DNA of 64,000 nt from Eledone cirrhosa (Eukaryota). The notes below the pieces were generated by a model. That model had not been told where the DNA came from and searched no databases. It was given only the letters and a program-made list of their open reading frames with translations. The stretch is taken from positions 72,726,001 through 72,790,000 of the forward strand of contig OZ024746.1 in assembly GCA_964016885.1 (NCBI GenBank). The letters are read 5' to 3'. The translations under genes and the position numbers were made by a program. This document shows positions 50,122 through 62,586 of the stretch, in pieces; position 1 is the stretch's first letter; the number at the start of each line of letters is the position of its first letter.

Positions 50122-50781
50122 TATATATATTTATGTGTATCATCATCACCATTATCATTTACTTTTCCTTGCTTGCAAGGGTGGAACAGTTCTTCTTCAG
50201 CACAGCATCTCCCCATTCGTCACAGTCCTTCATCATCTCCTCTGTGAGCTTCAGCGATCTGAAGTCAGATCTCACCACCTCTGCCCATGTTTTTCATGGT
50301 CTTCCTGTACTCCATCTTCCTTTCTCCGGCACTTATTCACCATACCAACACAGTCTTCTCTCCTGCACACTACAGTTTATTCTTCTTATACACAGTTTCA
50401 CTCTCAAGTTGTCCATGCTTGATCATTCACGCACATTGACATTGCACATCCATCGAAGTATGATTGCTTCATTGCTTCATGGGTTGACCAATGCTTTGTA
50501 AGTGAAATTTAGTAGACAGTAACTGTGTAGAAGCTCATTAGCAATATGTGTATATATCCCTGTCTGTGTTTACATTTATTATTTGTTTATGTTTTGTAAC
50601 TTTTATTGTTTGACTAAAAAGAAATTGATAAAATAAGTACCATACTTAAAAAAATAAGTACTTGCGTCAGTATGATTAACTAAATGCCTTCATGACAGTG
50701 TCCTATTCTAATGACTGAAACGTAGTAAAATAATATATGTATAAACACACATACTTAATAGTCAGAAATACACATAGTTAC

Positions 50782-50846
50782 CTGTTAGTCTGGGTAGAAT
50801 GACACTGGAATGATTCAATCATGTCAGAGTCTCGGGGGAAGTCAGA
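50782..50846 (-). CDS. RAD1: RAD1 exon
   Basis: ttccag|TCT GAC...AAC AG|gtaact gives SDFPRDSDMIESFQCHSTQTN(R). 65 bp; phases match both neighbours. Confidence 0.92.
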
Positions 50847-52439
50847 CTGGAAGACAAAGAAAATTCCATATAATATTTTATATTGGCAGAATTGCTAGAG
50901 GTACCTCCTCCCATTTCCTTGTGGTATTAGGTTATGTTCCTTTATATTCTGAGTTTGAATACCATCCAGGTCAACTTGGTTTTCTCTCTTTGATAAAATA
51001 AGAATCAAATAAAGTACTAGGGTTGATATAATCAACTAAACTCCATCGAAAGTAGGGCCAGTCACCCATGGTGGCATGCATCGCCTTGCCTTAATCTGGT
51101 AAGCAGCATATAGCTAGACCCCCCCACTTTCATCAATGCCTTTTCAACATGGCCAAGGTCACAACAAACACCCTAGTGATGTAATGAAGTAGAGATGGTA
51201 CATTCTGTAAAGTTGGCATAAGGAAAAGCATCCAGCTATAGAAACAAAGCCCAAAACAGAGTATATGAGTAAGACATGTTCACTTGACCAGTCTAGTTTC
51301 AGTATGTAACAACCTATTTAACCCATGCATGCATGGAAAATAGACATTAAACAATGATGATGATAATGAGTATGTATATTTATATATGGACATAAAAATG
51401 TTGATGACAATGATATATACACCATCATCATCATTTTACATCCGCTTTTCCCTGCTTGCAAGGGTGAGGGGTTGGGGGTGGGTCATATTCAGGACGACAT
51501 CTCTCCATTCGTCACGGTCCTTTGTCATCTCCTCTGGGAGCTTCAGGTCAGCTCTCACCACCTCCGCCCATGTTTTTCGTGGTCTTCCTCGACTGCGTCT
51601 TCCTTCTACTGGGATTTCTTGGCACTTCTATGCGCATCACATGTCCATACCAACATTTATATATATATAATGCAGATAATTAGGGTGTCTATCTGTGAAG
51701 GTTACAGAGTTAGGCCCGACTGATACAGACTGAACCATAAGTTAATCAATAGAGAAACATGTGTCACACCTGAATAAACTTAATGACGATATTCTGACAC
51801 CTTGCTCCTACTTCTTATTAATATTACACTCTGTGGATATTAATGTGTAATTAATATTACACTCGGTGGATTGGCAGTATCGGTAGAGGGTCGGACGCCA
51901 TGCTTTCCAGCATAGTTACGTCCCTTTACGATCTGAGTTCAAATCCCGCCGAGGTTGACTTTGCCTTTCATCCTTACAGGGTCGATAAAATAAAGTACCA
52001 GTAATGCACTGGGTAATTGCTGTCCTTGTGCCTAAAGTAGAAACAATTATTAATACTACACTCTACTTATGAAGGAAACTAACTATAGTATAACACCAAG
52101 TGCTGAAGTTGGTAAATCAACAGTAACATAAAGTTACAACACATTAAGCCATATATATATTTTTTTTCAGGTATCTCTCTTCCCTAATTGCAAATGTTCC
52201 GCTCACACTATTATATTATTATTATTGTTGTTATTTATCATTTCGCTGGCCTTCACAACGCATATTTATTCTTTACCCTTATTTTTCCCATGTTGGCTAT
52301 TATGACTATCTCTACGGAAATCATCTATTCCCTTACCTCCCGTCCTCTCTCTTTTCGAGGTTTACGATGAACTTCTTCGAAATCCTAACATATTCGCCAT
52401 GTCTAATATACGTACTTGTATCGGATTATTTCACCAAAA

Positions 52440-55400
52440 TCTCCTGAGATGCTATAAGCCATGATGGCTACCTATCTCACAATTTACCTCCCCCGCACAA
52501 CCTATTCGACCAATCAAACCTCAGCAACCCCCCCCCCCCCCCCCACACCCATTATCAATCCCAACAAACTCTGCCATTACTACTACTACTACCTTGCTCC
52601 TTGCCCTTCCCAGCCCAACAAACCCTGCCATTATTACCACTACTGTTCTTCTAGCCCTGAATTCTCTTACCGTTATGTATGGATGAGCTGAGGATAAATG
52701 GAGCAGCCCCGAATTAATAAATGAATATGAATCCGCGAGTTACCAAGCACCCATGTGAAGCTTTAATTCAGAGACAGGAAGCATACACACACACCCGCAA
52801 AAATTTACCCTTTCCCACGAATGTTGGCAAATGCCCAAAACTCCGAGTTGGAACCATCAATGTAAGCACAATGAAAGGAAGAGCAGGAGAAATCGTAGAG
52901 ATGCTAGAGCGAAAGGAAATTGATGTATGCTGTGTGCAAGAGACTAAATGGAGAGTCTGCTAGAGTCCTTGTAGGCAAAAGTCAGTGCTACAAATTTTTC
53001 TGGGTGGGAAATGACAATGGGATGGGTGGTGTAGGTATCCTACTAGCTGACAAATGGGTAGATAAGGTAATCTCAGTGAACAGGATAAATGCAAGAATCA
53101 TTAAACTCAGACTAGCCCTGAATAAAACAATTACTACAATAATATCAACTTAGGCACCCCAATCGAGGTTGCCAGACGAACTTAAGGATAGGTTTCACGA
53201 GTCCCTAATGCACACTACTGCCCTAACAAACAACAATGACTTCCTAATCATTGCAGGAGATTTTAACGGACACATAGGTAAACACCATGACGACTTCTAT
53301 AGAGTCCATGGAGGCCACGTGTTTGGCACAAGAAATGAAGAAGTCTTCAGTCTTCTAGAATTCTGCGACGCCAATGACATGTCGATATGTAACAGAAACT
53401 TCAAAAAATCCGTCAACCATCTGATCACCTATAGATCAGGGGAGCATTCTAGTCAGATAGATTTTATCCTCATCAGAGGATGTGACAGATGGACAGTCGT
53501 AAACACAAAAGCCTTCCCTAGTGAGGAATGTACCTCCCAACATAACTTAGTTATCAGTGACCTCACGGTCAGAACTAGACGAACTTGGAAACAGAAGGCA
53601 ACCTGGAGAAAAAAGATCTGGAAGCTGAGTGACTCCTCAGCCAGTAACATATTTAAAGATATTTTACTCGACGCCTATGACAGTAAAGAAGAACAGATAG
53701 AGACATTCAATGTAGAAGAGCACTGGGAGTTCCTAAAAAATAACTTAGTAAAGGTGACGGATGAGATCTGTAGTTGGAGCAAAACTTGGTGGTGGAACAA
53801 TAAGGTAGATGAGGCAGTTAAGGCTAAGAGACAGGCATGGAAAGAATGGAAGAACGGGGGAAGCAGGGTACGTTACATAGAGACCAGGAGGGAAGCTAGG
53901 CGACAAGTATACTTAGCTAGAAGGGAAGCGCAGGATAGAAAATTCAAGCATGTCTTGCAACGTGAGGACCAGAAACAGGAGGTTTTCAAGATTGTGAGGC
54001 AGTGTGTCAGAGAGAATTGTGATGTCATTGGAGAGAAGTGTATCAGGAATGATCAGTGCTGAGAAGAAAGATGCGTGGAAGAGCCATTATGAAAGATTAC
54101 TAAATGAGGATAATGCATGGGAAGAAGAAACCCTACCCCTAGTAGACCCTATAGAGGGGCCAGCAGTACATGTCATCAGCAGCGTAGTAAGTAAGGCAAT
54201 CAAAGATATGAAGACGGGGAAGGCAACCGATCCATCGGGTATAGCTGCCGAGATGCTGAAGGCATCTGGGTTGGTAGGTCACACCATAACCACACATATT
54301 GTTAACCAGGTAATACTAGAAGGTGTCATACCAAAGGATTGGTGCAACAGCATTATTGTCAACTGCTACCAGGGTAAAGGTGATGCACTAGATAGAGGAA
54401 ACTATAGAGGTATAAAGCTGATTGACCAGGTCATGAAAGTAACAGAAAGAGTTATAGCACAGTTGATTAGGGACCGGGTGAAACTAGATGAGATGCAATT
54501 TGGGTTTGTGCCAGGAAACGGCACCACTGATGCCCTCTTCCTTGAGAGGCAGTTACAGGAAAAGTACCTAGCTAAAAGTAAGCCGCTCTACCTGGCATTC
54601 GTCGATCTGGAGAAAGCCTTTGACAGAGTTCCCCGTGCTATAATATGGTGGGCTCTTAGAAAACTAGGAGTAGATGAATGGCTTGTGAAAGCTGTAGAAG
54701 CCATGTATAGATGGAAGAAGTTGAGGGAGCTACTGCCACTGCTAGCTGCAAAAGGCTTTTCACTCAAAATGAAAGGTATGATGCGTGTATACGAACAACA
54801 ATGTTACAGGGTAGTGGAGACCTAGGCGCTGTCTGTAGAAGACTTGTGTAGTAGAAAGAAACGAAGCCTGCATGCTCCGATGGATATGTAATAGTAATAT
54901 ACGCGAACCGCAAAGCATAAACGAATTGAGAGAGAGACTGAGCATAAGAGGAATCAAATGCTATGTGCAGGAGGGGCGGTTGCGTTGGTATGGACTTGTG
55001 ATGCGTATGAAGGATGACAGCTGCATAAAAAGATAAAAAGGTGCAGAGCACTAGAAGTCGATGGAAGCTGTAGAGTGGGGAGACCCAAGAAGACCTGGGA
55101 TGAGGTGATAAAAGCCGACCTTACCCAATTACACCTCTCAAAGGCAATGACACACGACCGTGACCTCTGGCGTCACGCAGTAATACAGAAGACCCGAAGC
55201 CCCACAGGTACAAGCCGAAGCTGAAGCATATAGACAATATGCCCCCACCCCCTCCCACTGCAAAGTGGTCGTGGAGGTGCCACAGCAAAAAAGCACCCAT
55301 ATCACACAGTAAAGTGGACGTGTAGGCGCCACGGAAAAAAAGTACACAGCACTCACTGTAAATGAGGTTGGTGTTAGGAAGGGCATCCAGCTGTAGAAAT

Positions 55401-55515
55401 CAAGCCAGAATCAGTTTCCGTATGAGCAAGACAAGGTCAGCCGACCAGACACTGCCCACAACAGGATAACCAGTCTAACCCATGCTAGCGTGGAAGAACG
55501 GATGTAAAACGATAA
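52440..55515 (+). mobile_element. RTE LINE with both ends, internally deleted in RT
   Basis: 5'UTR, APE and RT N-terminus closely similar to 23350-25590. It jumps from VEAMYR to WKKLRELLPLL; the 3'UTR and tail are present. Confidence 0.95.
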
Positions 55516-55527
55516 TATTATTGGGCA

Positions 55528-55646
55528 CCCACTGAAGAATTATAAAAGCCCACTTGAATAACTGTTGATCTTATACATGCTTCTATATAATTTGGTATAA
55601 TTTCACCCAACTTGTAGAAATCTTATAATGAAACAAGTCGTCTGGG
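55528..55646 (+). ncRNA. Type I hammerhead with extended stem II, in a PLE-like remnant (about 55520-55830)
   Basis: Stem I CCCA/TGGG, CTGAAGA 55532-55538, stem II base ATTATAA/TTATAAT, GAAA 55630-55633, GUC triplet ending at 55642. Downstream ACTCA...TGAGT hairpin and (TA)n. Confidence 0.65.
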
Positions 55647-56132
55647 AAGAGATATATTTGATATATCTCATATGAAATGATACAGCCAATTTTCCACACA
55701 ATACAATTAGTTAGCACCCCGAACGTTTAATTAGGAATATACTCAGGTATTTCCTAATGTCTGTTGAGTGAGTTGGAATTTGGCCGGATTATCGCTATTA
55801 GCTTTCTCCGATTATGTATTTATATATTTGTATATATATATATATATACACATACAGGGTTTGTGGACATGTGTAAGTCACACCTCCATTTTTCATACAA
55901 CATTTACTATGTACCATATATTTTCTTTGTCCGGATAATTGTGTTAGACTGATTACTCCGACCTGCCTACCTCATTTTTCTCTGTTAAATTTAGAAGTTG
56001 GGAGTTAATAATGGTATATCTATAAATGAGTATGTGTGTTTAGACTATGGTAACAACTGAAAATTTGAAAATTGAATTAGAAACCTTCTTTGTACCTTGA
56101 CCACAGAAAATAAATGAAACTCCCAGACTTAC

Positions 56133-56255
56133 ATGTGTGCGTCCAGCATTTCCAAATGTAGACATCCGGAAATAGGGCGGATCTGGTGATAGGAGAAACT
56201 CCAAGACACTACTGGTCATGTCCAGTTCACTAAATGTTGTATGAAGACATTCAGA
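56133..56255 (-). CDS. RAD1: RAD1 exon
   Basis: tgtag|TCT GAA...ACA CAT|gtaagt gives SECLHTTFSELDMTSSVLEFLLSPDPPYFRMSTFGNAGRTH. Confidence 0.95.
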
Positions 56256-56955
56256 CTACAATATGAAAAAAGGAGACATTGTTTAATCTTTTTGATACCA
56301 AACCTCCTGAAACCATCCCTGGTTTAAACCTTTTCTTTACTGAATGAGAATTTTGGCTTTGAATCTTATCTGAAATTGTTTCAATGTGTGGGTCATAAGT
56401 TTGTGGTTTTTAATTTAACGCAAGATTGTAAATTTATTAGAATACTGATTACATCTGATTTAGAATAAGTACAACAGCTCACACTGTAAAATGGTACTGC
56501 TGGTATCACAAAAAAACAAACCTGTTACACCACATGAAGTGGTAGGTGTTAGGAAGGGCCTTCAGCTATTGAAAACATGAGCAAGACATGGTTGTCTGAC
56601 CTGCTTGTTTAGCCTCAGAGCATGATAACACATCTAACCTATGCAAAACATGAAAAATACACATAAAATGGTGATGATGACATACCCATGCATGTCATAA
56701 GTGGTAACTAAAAGGATTAAAGCCAAGAAGTGTTGTAAAACATTGGACCAAAAAGAGTTGAAAAATAAAGGACTCCATGATAAGTATGAAGCTGGTAATG
56801 GGGTCAGTCCACAAGTCCTGATTTATTGTTTGTTATATTGCAAACTTCAGAGCAATAAAGAGCCATCTCGAATAGGCTAAATAACCACATGCCCCTGACC
56901 CCTAACCAAGGAAAATGACTAAAATTCAGGAGATTCAGAGAGTTCGTACTCTTAC

Positions 56956-57067
56956 CTTCATGATGATTTTGTTGACAACATTCTCAGTGCAAAAATCAAA
57001 GTCCAAAACCTCTTCTGATTCCATGGTTTTAATGCTACAGTCTGTGAGGACACCATCTTCCTCCAGT
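56956..57067 (-). CDS. RAD1: RAD1 exon (most 5' one found in the window)
   Basis: gccag|A CTG GAG...ATG AAG|gtaaga gives LEEDGVLTDCSIKTMESEEVLDFDFCTENVVNKIIMK. Confidence 0.95.
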
Positions 57068-57619
57068 CTGGCAGAAAGAAAGGGAGAATTATATTGAAGT
57101 GTATAATGTATGTGGTGTTAATATGGAATGGATGGATGAAATAACAAGTGTTTTTAAAGCCATCTTCCTTATTAAAGCAGGGGTTAGCTTTGCAGGCCCC
57201 ATGTCAAACTTCTCCATTTTACCTCTATTGCCTTCATCCACCCTTACCAACCCCAGGCTTTCATCTTGAGCCATGTCTATCTTGGTCTTCTCCTTCGTTT
57301 ACTTCCTTCCACAAGCATTTTAATTACTTCTGAGAGAGAGAGAGATAATATCACAGATTTACCACAATATTCATAGAAGTCCACCTATGCCCCTTTCAGC
57401 ATTCACCCCTTAAAAGCCCTCGATACACTCACACTATTGCACCATAGTCAGTGGCGTAACTAGGGGGAGGGGGCGCTTTCCTGTCGGTCTAGGTGGGCCC
57501 CCTAGGCTATAATTCTAAACACATAACTTAACAACGTAAAGAAAATGCTTAATCTCTAATAAGACTAGAAGTTAAGACCAATCTCTTGTTTATTTAAAAA
57601 ATATAATATTTCGGATAAA

Positions 57620-57842
57620 ATGGCAACTGCATCTAAAAAAAAGTGTAGACAATATTCCGTCGAATAAAAACGTTAAATTTTTTTTACTTGCTTTCCCCAC
57701 ATCTTATTTAGTTAAGTCAGGTGATGCATCTGCTTTCAAAAAGTCAAAATCGCCTTGATATAGAAAGAAGAGGTGATTTACGACTCTCTAACGGCTTTCA
57801 CACCAAACATTGACAAATTAGTAGCCACAGGGATCTCATTAA
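57620..57842 (+). pseudogene. Internally deleted Buster/Charlie-type hAT transposase relic
   Basis: N-terminal MATASKKKCRQYSVE followed by C-terminal LLAFPTSYLV..SQVMHLLSKSQNRLDIERRGDLRLS..FTPNIDKLV..QGSH*. Confidence 0.75.
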
Positions 57843-58610
57843 AAACCGATTATTATATTCTTTGATTTGTAAATATAAATAAATGATTTGATATCTAAAT
57901 TCTATATTATTCTATTTGTTTGAAATGTTGTAAAACATGCTTATGTTATTCTCGATACTCAGGTTTAACCTAATATTTAATTAAAAGTATAATTATGCAT
58001 GAGTATATACACACAAATATATATATCTATATATTGTGTATATAGAAAAAATATATATAATATTTTTATTTATGTTGTTACTTTTTATCATTAGTCACAT
58101 TTTAGAACAATTTGGTATTTGCGACATTTCCTGGACTTTTGCTCTATGTTTTGTTTTTCGTCGATTATTTGACGTGTTTTACATTCTTCGGTGTTGAATA
58201 TCAAATCAAGCAAATTGCATTATTCCAAGTGTGTCAATATAGTGCTCATTGTGGGTATGGTGTGGTGAGTAGTGGCCGGAGGCTGGGCATGCTTGACCGG
58301 AAGCGTGCTCGACTGGAAGGGCGAGCAGATGTGACATCAGCTTGAGAGGCCCCTTTCTCTTCTATGGTGGTCATCGGACTGAGACATACGTGCAATTTGA
58401 GGCTGCGATCGGCGAGCTGGATTGTACATACAGGGAAGAGAGGAAAACCAGCCAACGACTTTGCCAGGACCAGAGAAATGCGGTAAGTGAAGTTGCTTTC
58501 TAATCACAAGCTATTTCAGCACTTAAAGACTTATAGAAAAAGGAAAAAGGAAGAATTTTTTTTTAAGACAAAACCACTGGAAAACAGTGTCAATATAGTG
58601 CTCATTAACA

Positions 58611-61600
58611 ATGCTGCCTAAAAAAACTTACAAAACTGGAGCAACAAAGAGGAGAGAAGCTAGACAAGCTGCCACGGAAGAATCATCATCATCATCATCA
58701 TCATCAACGTTTAACGTCCGTGTTCCACGCTTGCATGGGTTTGGACGGGGGTAGTCCCACTTGAGGCAAGAGTGATTGTCTTGCTCGCATAGGACTGTCT
58801 GGCAGGTTTTCTACAGTTGGATGCCCTTCCTAACACCAACCACATTTACAGTGTGGGTCTGGGAGGTTTTTACCGTGTTTCCTACACGGCCACATTACAG
58901 CGTGGACTGTGTGTTTTTTTGTCGTGACATCTACACGATCTCATTTGTTTCGGCCTGGATGGCGCGGCACCAACATAACTTTACATAGAATGAGGTGGTG
59001 TGGATGGGGTGGGGGTGGTGGTGGTGGGACGGGGTGTATTTTGTTAGAGATGCCTACTGGCTGGAGTAGGTTTTACTATATATTTAGGTAAGGCGGGTCT
59101 TCTCTGTTACTGAGTACCGCCAAAGGTCTCGGTCCAGTGACATTGTCTTGGAGAGGTGTAAGTGTGTGAGGTCGGAGTTTATCAGCTCGTCCCAGGTTTT
59201 TCTAGGTCTGCCTATTCCGTGGCTACCGTCTATCTTTATTGCCCTGCACTTTGTTATACAGCTATCGACTTTCATGCGCATCACGTGTCCATACCAATGT
59301 AGCCTTCTCTCGAGTAAACAACATCTGATCCCTCTTATCTCTAATTTTTTCCTTAGTTCGTTTATGCTTTGCCGTTCACGTATATTACTGTTACACATCC
59401 AGCGGAGCATGCAAGCTTCGTTCCTCTCTAGTCTGCGTATATCCTCTGCACACAATGCCCAGGTCTCACTGCCATGCAACATTGCTGTTCGTATGCAGGC
59501 ATCGTACAACCTGCCTTTCATTTTTAGGGAGAACCCTTTAGCAGCTAATAGTGGTATAAGCTCTCTGAACTTTTTCCAACCAGTTCTGACTCTAGCTACA
59601 GTACTTTCAGAGCACCCTCCCCCACTGCTGATTTTATCGCCCAGGTAACGGAAGCTGTCCACTATTTCTATAGAACCCTCTGCGCAATTGAAAGAGCTAG
59701 TATTTTGTGGGCACTTGCTGCTACTTATTGCACCAGAACACCGGCCACATGTAAAATCTATGTTCTTAGTTAGCTTACCTGTGATCCCACTACATCTTTT
59801 ATGCACCCATACTTTGCATTTAGGACATAAAATGGAGTTTCTACCTACGCCTTTCCTACACACCGAGCACGACCATTTCCCAGAAGGGACCGCCGCCTTG
59901 TTTTCTTTCCTACAAACTAGAACTTTGATCTTAGCCAGGTTAATTTTAAGTCCTTTTGACTCTAGGCCGTGCTTCCATGTTTGGAATTTCTTCTCTAGCT
60001 CGGCCATAAAGAAATGTCATCTAATCACAAGTTTTCTGAAAAGTCAACAGTCTTCGTCAACAAGTAGTGACGCATCCCAAAGCAACGTAACTGCCGGAAT
60101 TTCCGGCGAGTCGGTCTGGTCAGATGAACTGGAGAAACAGAAAAGCACTGGAGAGTCGCAAGAACCTGATGTCGAAGATGCCTCAGGTCCATCGATTATC
60201 TCAACAACCATCGTAGTCACTGAAGATATAGTTCCAACTGGGGATCCAAACTCAATAGAGGGAAAAATGGCTGTATTGGAATCTGAAAATGAAAATGATT
60301 CAGAGGAAACTACATTGGCAAAACAAATCCCAGAGTATGAGCCAGTAGAATGCATGTTGAATTTACAAGAGAATTATCCAAGCGACCCGAAACATTTTGA
60401 GGACAGACCATTGACGACACCTCTAATTCACGCCCTCATGGCCGTTGGTCCTTGTCAGCCAGGATTGAAAGATAATTTTGCTGATTTCCCTCTCAACTTG
60501 AACCACAGAAAATTCAACATCAGTTGGTACAAGAATCCATAAAGTTGACCGACACTGGTTAGTATACTCTCCTGAATCCAACAGACTATATTGCTTTTGT
60601 TGTTGGCTGTTTGCTGATAAAAATGCCGAATCTTACTCGAAGACTTGGGGTAATTCAGAGCGTGGGGATGGCAAACTTCAAAAAGGGAATCAAAAAAATT
60701 GCCAAGCATGAGAAAAGTGCCATTCACATCAATGCACAAAAGCAATACTTCATGACAAAATATCGTTTGGACGCAGATAAAACAGTGATCGATAACCTCA
60801 TCCATGAAGAGAAGGATTGAATTGAACGAAATCGCCAGATATTGAGGCGATTGCTTGATTGTACGTTATTTCTCGCAAAACAAGGCCTGGCCGTCAGAGG
60901 TCACAGGGAATATGCTGGACTTGGCGCCAAATCAGAAAATGAAGGAAACTTTATTGAATTGTTGAAATTGATGGCCAAGTATGATATGATCTTGGAAAGT
61001 CATTTATTCTCGCCTGGGCGCACTAAAAGACAGCCTATGTACTTAAGTCCAAAATTACAAAACGAATTCATAGAATGCCTGGCAAACGAATGTACTCAAC
61101 AAATAATCACGGAAGTGAAAGCGGCAAATACTATTCAGTCATCGTCGATTCCACAATAGACATTTCGCATCAGGATCAATGCTCTGTGTCACTGCGATAT
61201 GTATCGAAAAGTGGCCACACACAGGATCATTTCCTGTCGTTTTGTGAACTAGAATCAGCAGCCACTGAATCATTTTACGATACGCTTGTGAAAGTTCTTT
61301 TCCAGGATCTATCCTTGGATGCTCAATATATTAGGGACAAGCTTACGATGGAGCGTCGAATATGACCGGCTATATTTCTGGGCTTCAGGCTAGAGTTAAA
61401 GAGAGATGCTCTTTGAAAGCTGTTTACGTCCATTGTTGCGCTCATAACCTGAACCTGGTGTTAATTGATGTTAGCCAATCGTCAGTGGATGGTAAATTAT
61501 TTTTTGCTATATTGGAGAGCCTGCCAAGGCTGAAAATCCTCGAAGAAGAACAAGAAAAACTATTGACTTCAACGGTATTAACATTAAAAAGACTCTCAGA

Positions 61601-62586
61601 TACGCGCTGGTTTAGTCACATTCAGGCTGTAGAGGCTACCATTAACAACTTACCGGTAGTAATAAGTGCACTAGAGAGGATAATAAGTGGGGATGTTCAC
61701 AACACTGCTCCGAAAGTATTAGCCAAGGCCAGAGGTTTGCTACTAAATGTGAGCAAGTTTGAATTCATTTTCATGTTGAAGTTTTTTCAGAATTTACTTA
61801 AAAAGCTGCATTCTGTTTCACAATATTTGCAGAAGGAGGCTATCGACTTATATTCCGCGGACGTCATGATTAAAAATGTAGTAAAAGAAATTGACGACAT
61901 CCACTCAAATGAATATTTTGACCGAACATTATCAGACGCTAAAAATCTCGCCGAGCAATGTCAAGTTGAACCAGATTTACAACAGAAAAACGAAAAAGAA
62001 AAAAGAAGCGTTTTCATGACGAAAATGCCAGTGACAAACCTCATGAGATGATGAGTCAGCATTTTAAATGGGACGTTTATTTCACTATCTTAGATAGAAT
62101 CATTAGTAGCTTTAACAAACGTTTTGCCGACTTGCACGATCTAGTGAAGGATTTTTCGTGCTTGATACCGGTGCACTTCGACGACACATGCAATAGAGAG
62201 AGAATTGATAATCTTGTGAAATTCTACGAGGGTGACATCGAAAATGACACTATCTTCCACGAGTATTTATCATTCAAAAATTTTTACAAGGAAGTGTGTT
62301 TAGATAAATCCATATCGAGTTCTGAGATCGTTCCGTTTATGACTTAGCTAGAGCCTATCCGAACGTGTTTGCCTTATACAAAATGTTCATAACTATTCTG
62401 GTTAGCTCGGCACAGGCTGAGCGAACCTTCAGCAGGCTCAAACTGATAAAGACTTATTTGCGTAGTACCATGAGTGAAGAGCGGTTGAATGCTCTGGCAA
62501 TGATGTACATAGCGCGAAAACTGGCTGAAAAAATTGACTTCAGCATCGTGATTGAAAAATTTTCTAAAGTAAAACATCGCAAATAG
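58611..62586 (+). pseudogene. hAT (Tip100/ZMYM1-like, DUF4371-type) transposase pseudogene, interrupted by a LINE and frameshifts
   Basis: MLPKKTYKTGATKRRE..|..IKKCHLITSF, LAKQGLAVRGH..GNFIELL, YSVIVDSTIDISH, YVHCCAHNLNL, TRW, AERTFSRLKLIKTYLRSTMSEERL. Confidence 0.93.
58682..60007 (-). mobile_element. Young 5'-truncated RTE LINE nested in the hAT transposase
   Basis: Uninterrupted 307-aa ORF 59084-60007, complete 3'UTR and (GAT)n tail. Confidence 0.95.

Noticed and set aside
59688-60542. 284-aa novel protein
   Set aside because: Chance fusion of antisense LINE sequence with the interrupted hAT transposase frame.
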